DNA from: a virus
Lineage: Duplodnaviria > Caudoviricetes
Length of the DNA: 64,000 bases
Virus record (IMG/VR): IMGVR_UViG_3300028549_000249
Span: 23,986-87,985 of that record
Strand: one strand, 5' to 3'
In this document: one piece after another, positions 38,111 to 47,652 of the stretch
Numbering within the stretch: position 1 is the first letter of the stretch
Layout: every line of letters starts with the position of its first letter
The notes under the pieces: generated by a model
Database searches by the model: none
Seen by the model: only the letters and a program-made list of their open reading frames with translations
Told to the model about the DNA's origin: nothing
Program-made: the position numbers and the translations under genes

Positions 38111-40609
38111 ATGAGTGCCCCTGAAGACCTGAGCCTTGAGGATGAGGATTTCGAGGAGCCGCTTCCCGACATCATCACCGCTCCGATTGAGCCACCTTTA
38201 ACAGATTCCGATCTGATGGAGGAGCAGGAATACGCGCAGGCGTTGGAGTTCCTGTGTGCAGCCGCCAAGGAGGACTTCCCTTCGTGGTTGAACGTCATGT
38301 GGCCGCAGATCGAAGGCACCACCTACATCATCTCCCGCTTCCACCAATACCTCGCCGAGCTGGTGCAGGATGTGGTCGCGGGGAATCGGTCTCCCAACCA
38401 ATCGGTCTCGGTGCCGCCTCAGCACGGTAAGAGCCGGATGCTGTCAGTTCGAGCCGCAGCGTGGATCTTGGGCCACTCCCCTGGAAAGCACATCGCCCTC
38501 ACAGGATTCTCGTTCAGCCTGCTTGCCGACTTCCTTCGAGAGATCAAGGACATTGTAGCTTCGCCGATGTATCAGATGGTCTTCCCGGGAGTGGTCCCCG
38601 TGGAGGGATACAACAGACAGGGGTCGGTCATGTTTTCTAACGGATCATCGATTCAGGTCACATCCGCAGGTTCAAAACTAACAGGACGACGGGTTGACTG
38701 GCTGATCGTGGATGACCCGCACGCCGGACGCTTCGAGGCCGAATCCGTGGGCAACCGTAAGAAGGTGGAGCAGTGGTTCTACGGCGACTGTATGTCGCGT
38801 CTGTCACCCTCAGCTAAGGTGTTCCTGATTGGAACGCGCTGGCACCCTGAGGATCTGCACGGGATCGTAACCGGAGCACAGAAGCAGCAAGAGCTGATAG
38901 ACGGCGGATTCGCGGAGCAGACCTTTGAGGTGACCAACCTGAAAGCCATCGCCGAGATGGGTGACCCTATAGGGCGTGAGGTGGGAGAGCCGCTATTCCC
39001 TGAGCAGCGACCACTGAAGTTCCTTCAGGCGCTCAAGATCAAGATGCCGGGATACGAGTGGGACTCTCAATACAACGGCACCCCTCGCTCCTCCACCGGA
39101 GATGTGGTGGACGTTAAGAAGATCAAGCTGATCGACATGGCCGATGTCCCCACCGACATTGAGTGGTATCGTGGATGGGACCCCGCCATCACGGACTCCT
39201 CGGCCGCCGACTTCACTGCGGGTGCGTTGTGCGCTTGCCGGATGTCTCCAGATGGGGAACCCATGGAGTTCTACCTCATCGACATGAAGCGAGAGCAAGC
39301 GGCGTGGGCGAAGATGAGATTCATGGTGATCGAAACTAGCAAGAACGACATGATGCGTGGCGCTCCTATCGGACGGGTAGGGATCGAAGGCGTGGGAGGA
39401 TTCAAGGCGGTGTTCGAGGATGTGAAGCGCGAGCTGATGGGTCGCCTGCATGTCGAGCCGCGAAACTTCCAAGGAGGCAAGCTCCTACGTGCTCAGCCAT
39501 GGCTCAACCTCGTGGAGGCCGGACGCTTCTACATGGTCCGAGCACCGTGGAACAAGGAGTTCATCCTTGAGCTTGAGAAATTCCCTCTGGGAAATCATGA
39601 CGACCAATGTTTGACAGTTAAGACTTTGATCTCGACATCCGAAGGGTTGAAGTGTATCGGAGATGTATGCGAAAACGAACTCGTCCTAACAAGAAAGGGG
39701 ATGCGCCGAGTGTTGTGGTCGGGGAAGACAGGAAGAGCGCCAGTGATCTCGCGTTACGGAATAGAGGGAACTGTAAGCCATCCAGTGTGGACGGAGAATC
39801 GGAGTTGGGTGCCACTGGGATCATTGCGGGATTCGGACCTTCTGGTTGTAGACGCGAATCAGTTAGATTCAAAGGTCGCTGGTATCATAGATACCCAGAC
39901 TCAAAACAAAAGGCGATCAGGCGATACTTCTATGCTCATGACTCTAATCGGAAAAGCCCACGCGCATTGCACCGCGATGTTTGGGAAAGTGCAAACGGTT
40001 GCGCCGTCCCTCTCGGTAGGCAAGTCCATCACAGGTTTGGAATCGATGATAATCGACCTGAAAGTCTCGAAGTCCTCACCACTGAAGAGCATGGTAGGAA
40101 GCATCGAAAAGACCCAAACTCAAATGCCGTCAACCGCAAGACTAGGTGGCGTGATAAGAAGCGAAAGCATCAAGAGGAAATCATCGCCAAAGCACAAGAG
40201 CGTAGAGAGCGACCCCATAAGGTCTATATTAGAGTCGAGCACGCAAAGCTCGCCTGCGAAGGCTGCGGTGCCACCATCTTCGACTCTCCAAACAGGAAGC
40301 ACAACCTCTGCCTCCCTTGTCAGCAACGAAAACGGCATGCCAGCCAATACCAACCAAGACCAGAGCGTCAGTGTTTGTGCGTGGTCTGCGACTCCACGTT
40401 TACTTCAGATAAGAGCGGGGTTGCTCGCTACTGCTCTGGAGCGTGCAGGCGTCGTGCCGCAATGCTCGGACAGCAAGTGCGACGTTTACAACCTGACGGT
40501 TGAGGGCGAACACGAGTTCTTTGCTAACGGAGTTCTAGTCCATAACTGTGATGCTGTTAGCATTTCCCGCGAGGGCCTAGTTGACGTCCCGAAGATACTT
40601 TTCGCCTGA
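38111..40609 (+). CDS. terL: terminase large subunit, intein-containing
   Basis: VPPQHGKS Walker A, LIVDDP Walker B, GWDPA, IEG, HDDQ|CDAVS nuclease motif split by the intein. Confidence 0.95.
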   Translation: MSAPEDLSLEDEDFEEPLPDIITAPIEPPLTDSDLMEEQEYAQALEFLCAAAKEDFPSWLNVMWPQIEGTTYIISRFHQYLAELVQDVVAGNRSPNQSVSVPPQHGKSRMLSVRAAAWILGHSPGKHIALTGFSFSLLADFLREIKDIVASPMYQMVFPGVVPVEGYNRQGSVMFSNGSSIQVTSAGSKLTGRRVDWLIVDDPHAGRFEAESVGNRKKVEQWFYGDCMSRLSPSAKVFLIGTRWHPEDLHGIVTGAQKQQELIDGGFAEQTFEVTNLKAIAEMGDPIGREVGEPLFPEQRPLKFLQALKIKMPGYEWDSQYNGTPRSSTGDVVDVKKIKLIDMADVPTDIEWYRGWDPAITDSSAADFTAGALCACRMSPDGEPMEFYLIDMKREQAAWAKMRFMVIETSKNDMMRGAPIGRVGIEGVGGFKAVFEDVKRELMGRLHVEPRNFQGGKLLRAQPWLNLVEAGRFYMVRAPWNKEFILELEKFPLGNHDDQCLTVKTLISTSEGLKCIGDVCENELVLTRKGMRRVLWSGKTGRAPVISRYGIEGTVSHPVWTENRSWVPLGSLRDSDLLVVDANQLDSKVAGIIDTQTQNKRRSGDTSMLMTLIGKAHAHCTAMFGKVQTVAPSLSVGKSITGLESMIIDLKVSKSSPLKSMVGSIEKTQTQMPSTARLGGVIRSESIKRKSSPKHKSVESDPIRSILESSTQSSPAKAAVPPSSTLQTGSTTSASLVSNENGMPANTNQDQSVSVCAWSATPRLLQIRAGLLATALERAGVVPQCSDSKCDVYNLTVEGEHEFFANGVLVHNCDAVSISREGLVDVPKILFA
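39608..40546 (+). mobile_element. class 1 intein (313 aa) in the TerL nuclease domain
   Basis: Starts C-L-T, block B TVSH, block F/G DVYNLTVEGEHEFFANGVLVHN, +1 residue Cys. Confidence 0.93.
39667..40503 (+). CDS. HNH-like homing endonuclease overprinted inside the intein in another frame
   Basis: LHRDVWE..G..P.G.QVHH...DNRPESL....EEH..H plus C-terminal CxxC zinc motifs; start uncertain. Confidence 0.8.
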   Translation: MRKRTRPNKKGDAPSVVVGEDRKSASDLALRNRGNCKPSSVDGESELGATGIIAGFGPSGCRRESVRFKGRWYHRYPDSKQKAIRRYFYAHDSNRKSPRALHRDVWESANGCAVPLGRQVHHRFGIDDNRPESLEVLTTEEHGRKHRKDPNSNAVNRKTRWRDKKRKHQEEIIAKAQERRERPHKVYIRVEHAKLACEGCGATIFDSPNRKHNLCLPCQQRKRHASQYQPRPERQCLCVVCDSTFTSDKSGVARYCSGACRRRAAMLGQQVRRLQPDG

Positions 40610-40631
40610 TTTGACCGTCGGTCAAAAATCG

Positions 40632-40738
40632 ATGCCCGTAGATTGCACGAGGATCGATCAGTATGCGTCGGGCAGTCGTATGGCTATGGTATCGGAATTG
40701 ACGTTGCGAACGATTTGACTCTAACACTTTTCTAACAG
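40632..40738. repeat. pre-promoter element copy (left inverted repeat absent)
   Basis: Follows TerL stop and the palindrome at 40610; similar to 33551..33658. Confidence 0.9.
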
Positions 40739-40786
40739 TTGAAAGTAATCTTTGCAAAGGTTTCGGGTTTAGGCTATCCTACGATC

Positions 40787-41690
40787 ATGTCCAATCCATC
40801 CCATGAAACCACCAAACAATCACCATGAAAGGAATCACAGTAACCGTCCATCTTGAGACCTGCCTTGACTGCACTCACTTGAAGTTCATGCTCGGCACTC
40901 CCGCCATCGGCGGAAAGGTTACTCATAGATATTGCGCTCACCCAGACACAGACGGCCCTTGCCCTTACGGTAAGCCCATTCACGTAACCAGAAAACCAGA
41001 TGGGCAGGTGAAGCCGCCTGCGATCCCCAAGTGGTGCCCGTTGAGGAGCGGGTCCTCCTATTAACCGAACCACCATGAACAAGATACCAATGCTAACAGT
41101 AGGCCAACTATACCACATGTCCGTGCGATTCATGAAGGAGTGTCCTGAGCCTAGCTCGGATTCATTCTTCGAGTGGACCAGAAACGACAAGCCGTTCTGG
41201 GATTACGTTTACTGTGTGTGCGCCCACCACTACAAACTCCACTGCTTCAGATCCTTTGAATGGAACTGCACCGAGGCCATCGCCGAGGGGTGAAGGTAAT
41301 CTGCATAACGCCAAAGCGTAGCAGAATCGCCAAGGTGTGCGCCTCCGTGTGCGTGGACTATTGGATGACCGAATTTAGGATCAACCCTCCGAAGTAATCT
41401 AACATGACAAATAGACAGAAAACTACCGTCAAGGCGGAGCACGCTGATCATATCAGCCACCTCGCCGTCAGTTCTTCGGCTCTGAAACCAACCATCTAAC
41501 AAATAAGAGTATGAATAAGATAATCAAGATCGAAGTGGTGCCCGACCCGAAGAAGCCATACAGCTACTTGCTGGGGATAACGTGGCGCACAGCCGATGGC
41601 ATGGCCGTCCACGACGAAAGCAGCATCCCGTCCCTTAGCTTGGTGTTGAAGCGCATCGAAGACTTCAAGGCGGAGAATCTGATCCGGTAG
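40787..41690 (+). CDS. leaderless mini-ORF (40787..40828) and small hypothetical proteins (40825..41064 Cys-rich, 41075..41293, 41511..41690)
   Basis: MSNPSHETTKQSP* overlaps the next ATG (ATGA). Confidence 0.6.
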
Positions 41691-41806
41691 TATCTAACAC
41701 TTGAAAATAATCATTGCAAAGGACTAACTTCGCTATCATGCTAGTATCTCTCGCCCGTAATGGGCATGAACCAATGAAAACAAACAACCGCTAATCAATC
41801 GAAACC

Positions 41807-42133
41807 ATGGCTACTAAACGTGCAACCAAGAAGGCACCCTCCAAGATGGAGAAGGTGAAGGGCGTCACTGAAATGACGAAGGAGAAACACAAGTTCGAGG
41901 GCTTCGCCGTCCGCGCCCAAAAGGGTGGTTACCATTTCCGCCAATACGTGTCAGCGTCCGCAAAGCTCGGCGCACCGAAGACCGTAGCCTATCAGGAGGC
42001 TGTCAATCTCCGCAACGCGCTGCAAGACGTCTTGGACGAGAAGAAGAACTGGCGTGCTAGTTCGCTCACCAAGGCTGCCTTGTCGGTGATCACCAAACTC
42101 GGCTTCAAAATCGAACAGGTGGCAACCGCATAA
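41807..42133 (+). CDS. AP2-like DNA-binding protein with basic N-tail
   Basis: GV...FEGFAVRAQKGG..FRQYVS...G..A...A..RN; own promoter at 41714. Confidence 0.5.
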   Translation: MATKRATKKAPSKMEKVKGVTEMTKEKHKFEGFAVRAQKGGYHFRQYVSASAKLGAPKTVAYQEAVNLRNALQDVLDEKKNWRASSLTKAALSVITKLGFKIEQVATA

Positions 42134-42458
42134 AGCATGCTCAGTGGTGTAGAGGGTTCGCGCCCTCTGCCCACATTTCAGCCCTGCGGCGACCCGAATA
42201 GGGACACCCAGAAATCAAATAGCCACGGGTTAGGGTTGAAATGTGGGTAAGCCTTCAAAGGATGCTTGAGTGCCGTCACCATGCGGAGCTGATCCTGAGT
42301 TGCAAAACTAACATCAAAGGCATTAACCCCACAGGACACTCGGGAAAGACCGAGACATCACATCTCAACCCTCGGGTCTGGTTTGGACTTCGCCTTGTGG
42401 GAGGCGAGAGAGCGGCGGGGACGCCAATCTCCCAGATCCGATGGTTGAGATGTGATGT
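42133..42458 (+). ncRNA. candidate structured ncRNA (~325 nt)
   Basis: 17-bp stem 42169-85/42232-48, ~27-bp stem 42355-81/42432-58 with G-U pairs, GNRA-capped hairpins; no credible ORF; strand inferred from G-U and GNRA. Confidence 0.6.
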
Positions 42459-42535
42459 TTTGACCGTCGGTCAAATTCTTCTAACAGTTGAAAGTAATCC
42501 TTGCAAAGGTTTCATCTTTAGGCCATCCTACGCGT

Positions 42536-45500
42536 ATGTCCGATCTGCCCCTAGTCCAACCCAACGCCGTCGCCTTCGATGTCACCGTAGAGGTGGTTCC
42601 CGAAAGCTGCCCGCCAACACTCCACATCACCTCCAAGGCGATGCACCATGAAGGCTACTGCCGCGCTTTCGCGGTGGGGGAATACGTCGCACAGCTCGCG
42701 TCTGAGTGGGCCTACATGATCGCTATCGGTGACACAGGCCGCATCACTCTCGAAACCCCCAACGACTAACAGCATGAACTCCACAGTCAAATCACTCGGA
42801 GGGCTTCTGCTCCTCCTCGCAGTATTAGCGCTGATCATCTGGGCCGACAACCACGCCCCGTTCGGCCTCGACATTGAGCGCCTGTTCCAGTTGGTGAACA
42901 CTTTCATCAAACCATGAAGACGTCACACGAAATTGTTAGCACCCGTTCGCACGGGCTGAAGCACTTAGACAAAGCTGTCGCCCTTATCGGACGCAAGGCG
43001 GTGATCGATAAGATCGCAGCCATCATCGCTGAGTTCGCAAACATACCAACCATGCCGCTCATCTTCGGGTGGGCCTACCGCAACGCGATCATTGAGATCC
43101 TCGACCCGAAGTGGGACATGTCATTGCCCTTCAACTCGGACGAGGCATTTACCGTGGATGAGATCGTATATCTCGAATCCTTCGGGATGAAGAACAACAC
43201 CGCGCACTATGGTCCACGTAAGAGTGGACCTCCTTTAGCGGATGCGATGGTCCTGAACTCGCCCACCAACGAGTTCGTTCCCTACCCCCTCGGAACCATC
43301 CGAGGCCCGTTCACTTGCGGTGTCGCTAACGAAGCGCATGGTGGGGTGCAGTTCCTCGTCAAGGCGGTGTGCGGATGGGTTCCCTTCATTGAGAAAGGAC
43401 ACACCACAGGTGAAGCCAAAGCTCGTGCGCGGGCCGAGGAATACGTCGCTCTAATGAAAGCCAACCAGTAAGCGGGATGAAAATCTTCAACAAGGATGGC
43501 AAGCTGAACTTCGTTGACGATCATAACGTCTTCGTGGGGTTCGATTACAATACGTGTTGCTGTGAGGACTACGGCTGGTTTCTAACACATGGAGATTTCG
43601 ATTGGAAGATCAAAGAGAATCAGCACAATGGGATCGACATCGATGGCTACCAGTTCGACACCAACTTCTTCAACTCTGAGCTGCCTGAGGGCGCTGACGT
43701 CGAGAGCGGCGGGTTCGCTACGTTCCGCCTCGTGCATCCATCCAAGCCTGAAGTGTTCCTAACTTTGTGGAACGCACACAACGGTTATTACTCTCACGGA
43801 TTCGAGTTTAGACGCGATTCCGAAATCATAACCGAAGGGTCAATCTAATATGAAAAAGAAACACAAACGCAAATTCGATATGTTCCAGCTCAAGCTAGAT
43901 GCCATGAACCATTCACTCACCACGATGCGGGTCGGGTGGCTACAGTTCGGGTCCTCCCTTGCCGACACTCAGCTCAGGGTCAAGAAGCTGGAGAACCCAC
44001 GCTACGTCGCTGGCGGGAATGCAATCAAGCACAAGTCCGAGGACGTCTATCAGATTCAGCCAATCACCTACGGGCCTTCTACTGGTCCTGAGGCAATCCA
44101 ACTCCTCCTCCGGTGTCGTGAGGTCCTTGCATACGATGATGGATCAAACCAGAAGGACCAACTCTTAACCGACCTCAGGAAGTTCCTCGGCTCCGCCTAC
44201 GTTCCAACCAAGGCAGAAGAATCCACCGCCGGTAGTCTCAAATTTGAAGAGGCCGATACCATGGTTCAGATGGTGAAGGAACCTACCGCTGAGGAACCAA
44301 GCCCTGAGAAGGTCGAGACATACAGCATAGGGAAGCTGTTAGATGTTCACCGTGGGCTGATCGAAGAAACCCCTACTGCTACTTCGAGGTCGGATACACT
44401 CGACAGACGGAGTGGATGGCTTGGCTGTGCTCGAACTCCAGTGGGAACGATCCAAACCGGAAGGTGCTGGCTGAGGGTCAGGGGCACCGCCAACGAAGCC
44501 TGCGCGTTCGCCCCGAGATACTACTCCAACAGAACGAAGGACGCACATGAGCCTACTTAAACGATTCATCTCCGAGAACGCTCGCTACCGGACCACAGGC
44601 GTGCTCCTGATTCCGGTAGCGGGCGGCTACCTCCTCCGCACAGGAATGCCGTCCTCTGAATCAAAGGAGCACATCTCTGCTCCTGTGCTCCCCTTCCGAA
44701 AACGCACACCACGACCATGAGCCTGAGAATACTGACCTTGGACCTCATCCACTACGGCAAGACCGTGTTCGATCCGTCGAAGTTCACTCCTGTGGCGAAC
44801 AGCGATTGCAACAAGCCGACGCATTACATCGATACCGTGAATCCGCGCACAGGGAAGATAGGGCGTTGTCATAGAAGCTCAGGGCTGTGGGCCTCGCCGA
44901 TTGACGCCGCCTATGGGTGGAAGGAGTGGGCGACCGATAACGACTTCATTACCGAGAGTCTGAATGAGTGGATGACATTCCGCTTGTCGAATGCGAACGT
45001 GCTGGTGATCAATAGTGAGGCCGACCTCGAACACCTGCTCTGGGACGAAAACCATCCTGTTTACGCTCAAGGGATACGGTTCGGCGACATGCGAGACCAA
45101 GGGGTGCAGGCAATCTATCTAACAGCTCGCGGTGAGCGGGAGACTAAGTGGGGACTGCTTCGGAGCCTCTACGGGTGGGACTGTGAATCGGTGGTGATCC
45201 TCGATCCCGCACCGCTCTCCCAGATCGGCTCAAGTGATCAGGCCCAAGATAATCTAACAGTTGAACAATTTTCTTGCAAAGGTTAAATACTTAGGCGATC
45301 CTTAGCACATGTCCAATCCATCCAATTCCCTGACAATCCCACTCGCCATGCGCTGCCGCCCAAAGAAGAAACCAGTCATCTCTAACAGTGAGATCACTGA
45401 GGAGCTGCGATACCGCACCAACTGGGTGAAATTCTGCGAGAAGCGCCTTGGCCTTGAGAGGTTGATTGCCTACCGCAAGGACGAGATCAGCCTGTGGAAC

Positions 45501-45784
45501 ACCAAGCTCCATAACGCCAGCCTCCGCCTCAATCAATGGAAACAGAAACACTGGATCACCGAATGAGAAAAGAGAAGTTCAAGGGCGGAGGGTTTGTCCT
45601 CCACGGAATACGGCCATGCTGGGTAACCTATGGCTGTCAAGTGTCGGCATGGTTCGACGAAACTGGGGTCCTACTCGACGTTGAAGTTCGCACCCCAAGA
45701 GGTGTCCGTCCAGCCAAGCGCAACGCTGCCATCTGGAACCACTGCAAGTCGCTAGGGCCGATCTGGAAAGGGGACCGCAAGTGA
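42536..45784 (+). CDS. run of accessory hypothetical proteins (42536..42769, 42774..42917, 42914..43471, 43477..43848, 43850..44560, 44717..45286, 45309..45566, 45563..45784)
   Basis: Co-oriented, often with ATGA overlaps; 42536 and 45309 are leaderless starts. Confidence 0.65.
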
Positions 45785-46068
45785 TCCTCCCCACAAACTA
45801 CGACGCCCTCAAACCGCACGAGCGGCGGGATGCTCGCCTTCAGTATATGAAGGAGCAGGACCTACTATGCGCTCACTGTGGGGCAAGCCTGATGGACGAG
45901 CCTGCTCAGGAGGCTAGGGGTTTCCTACTCGACGAATCCTCCTTTCCGCCCGACTTCTTCAAACACCCGATTCACCTGCACCATGATCATACCACAGGGC
46001 TAACAGTGGGCGCGGTGCATGCTCACTGCAATGGCCTCCTGAAACGCTACTTCAACGATAACTATTAA
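45781..46068 (+). CDS. endonuclease VII-like protein
   Basis: CAHCG...LHHDHTTGLTVGAVHAHCN..L. Confidence 0.75.
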   Translation: MILPTNYDALKPHERRDARLQYMKEQDLLCAHCGASLMDEPAQEARGFLLDESSFPPDFFKHPIHLHHDHTTGLTVGAVHAHCNGLLKRYFNDNY

Positions 46069-46108
46069 CTAGACCTTTAGAAATGAATCAAGTAATGGAA
46101 CCACAACG

Positions 46109-46339
46109 ATGAGCACACATCCAACCAAGGAACATTGGGCAACTCGAAGAAAGGAGATCCTCGGATTCCTACGGAAGTGCGCCGTCAACCATTACATCCA
46201 CGGGACGGACTCCCTACCAGCGCCGATCATCGCTTCGTTGAAGGTTGAGCTGAAGTCATCCAGACCCAAGGAGCTTCAGGCCGTCCTTCAGCAATATAGG
46301 GCCGAGGTTGATCGTCTCAATCCAGATCACGAAGGGTAA
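46109..46339 (+). CDS. hypothetical protein
   Basis: 76-aa ORF ending at the palindrome 46340. Confidence 0.55.
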   Translation: MSTHPTKEHWATRRKEILGFLRKCAVNHYIHGTDSLPAPIIASLKVELKSSRPKELQAVLQQYRAEVDRLNPDHEG

Positions 46340-46357
46340 TTTGACCGTCGGTCAAAT

Positions 46358-46609
46358 ATGAGCAACGCAATACGCAAAAGGACGAAGAGGGCAGTGCCGT
46401 CCACCAAGAGTGAATGGGTGGGGATGCCTGAGTTCGTTCAGGACAAGCAGGAGCCGTTCGCCAAGATCATCTTCAGGTTCGAGAATGACGAGGACCTTCA
46501 GAAGTTCGCTCGCCTTATCGGCCAGAAGCTCAACTCGAAAACCAAGAGCGCGTGGTATCGCCACAAGCCGCATCGCAGGGAAACCAAACAGGTATGGTCT
46601 AACAAATGA
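46358..46609 (+). CDS. small protein coupled to the TAGT-like glycosyltransferase
   Basis: WVGMPEF..IIFRF..D..F..LIGQKL..KTKSAWY; ATGA overlap with next gene. Confidence 0.7.
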   Translation: MSNAIRKRTKRAVPSTKSEWVGMPEFVQDKQEPFAKIIFRFENDEDLQKFARLIGQKLNSKTKSAWYRHKPHRRETKQVWSNK

Positions 46610-47469
46610 GATACCCCGTCTACGTCATCTCCAAGGGAAGGCCGTCGAGTTGTATCACGGCGAGGGCGCTGAAGAAGTGCGGGATTCCGTTCAGGGTGGT
46701 AGTCGAGCCTCATCAGGTCGCCGCCTACGCCAAACGCATCGAAGGCAAACTGCTACTCGTCCTCCCGTTCAAGGACCTAGGGCAAGGGTCTATCCCTGCA
46801 CGCAACTGGGTATGGGAGCACAGTATCTCCGAGGGGCACGAGCGTCATTGGATCTTGGACGACAACATTGAGGCATTCAATCGGCTGAACCGAAACGACA
46901 AGCCAGAGGTGCATTGTGACTCCACGTTCCGTGCGTGTGAGGACTTCACTGATCGCTACTCGAATGTCGGTCTATCAGGAATGAACTATTACTCGTTCTG
47001 CAAGACCACCGATCCGGTGCCGCCCTATTACCTGAACACGAGGATCTACTCGTGCATCCTCGTTAGGAACAATCTGCCTTTCCGGTGGCGTGGGAAATAC
47101 AATGAAGACACGGACCTGTCTCTGAGAGTTCTGAAGTCGGGAGAATGCACCATCTTGTTCAACGCTTTCCTGTGTGGAAAGATGACTTCGATGCGGATGA
47201 GTGGAGGGAACACCAACGAGCTTTACGACAAGACCGATAACCGGAAGGAGTTCGCCGAGTCGCTGGTCGAGCAGCATCCCGACGTCGCCAAGGTCATGTG
47301 GAGGTTCAACCGCTGGCATCACATCGTGGACTATCGCCCGTTCAAGGGCAACGTGCTCAAGAGAAAGCCGCTCGAAACATGGCCGACTGGCATTGACGAA
47401 TACGGGATGAAATTGGTGACGGTCAAAGGCCCTGAGGCGGTAAAAGCCGTCCGAAAACGATCCAGATAA
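46606..47469 (+). CDS. TAGT/GREB1-like glycosyltransferase (predicted DNA base glycosylation)
   Basis: YVISKGR, ARNW, WILDDNI, RIYSCIL, NEDTDLSLRVL, GGNT. Confidence 0.75.
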   Translation: MRYPVYVISKGRPSSCITARALKKCGIPFRVVVEPHQVAAYAKRIEGKLLLVLPFKDLGQGSIPARNWVWEHSISEGHERHWILDDNIEAFNRLNRNDKPEVHCDSTFRACEDFTDRYSNVGLSGMNYYSFCKTTDPVPPYYLNTRIYSCILVRNNLPFRWRGKYNEDTDLSLRVLKSGECTILFNAFLCGKMTSMRMSGGNTNELYDKTDNRKEFAESLVEQHPDVAKVMWRFNRWHHIVDYRPFKGNVLKRKPLETWPTGIDEYGMKLVTVKGPEAVKAVRKRSR

Positions 47470-47472
47470 ATT

Positions 47473-47604
47473 CTGTTAGAAAAGTATGCCTTAGATCGAA
47501 CGGAAATGCCTCTTCCTTGCGTCGGTAGTGTAGTCGTGGGTATCGTGCTGGAATCAGAAAACAAATCGATCCTGGACAAATCGACTCTAACACTTTTCTA
47601 ACAG
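47473..47604. repeat. complete 132-bp element with 13-bp terminal inverted repeats
   Basis: CTGTTAGAAAAGT (47473-85) ... ACTTTTCTAACAG (47592-604). Confidence 0.9.
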
Positions 47605-47652
47605 TTGAAAATAATCCTTGCAAAGGTTTCGGTTTTAGTGCATCCTCAGATC

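Noticed and set aside
47605-47652. Upstream TTG starts reading MKIILAKV (also 18457, 42488, 50498)
   Set aside because: These are translations of the repeated promoter sequence, not protein N-termini
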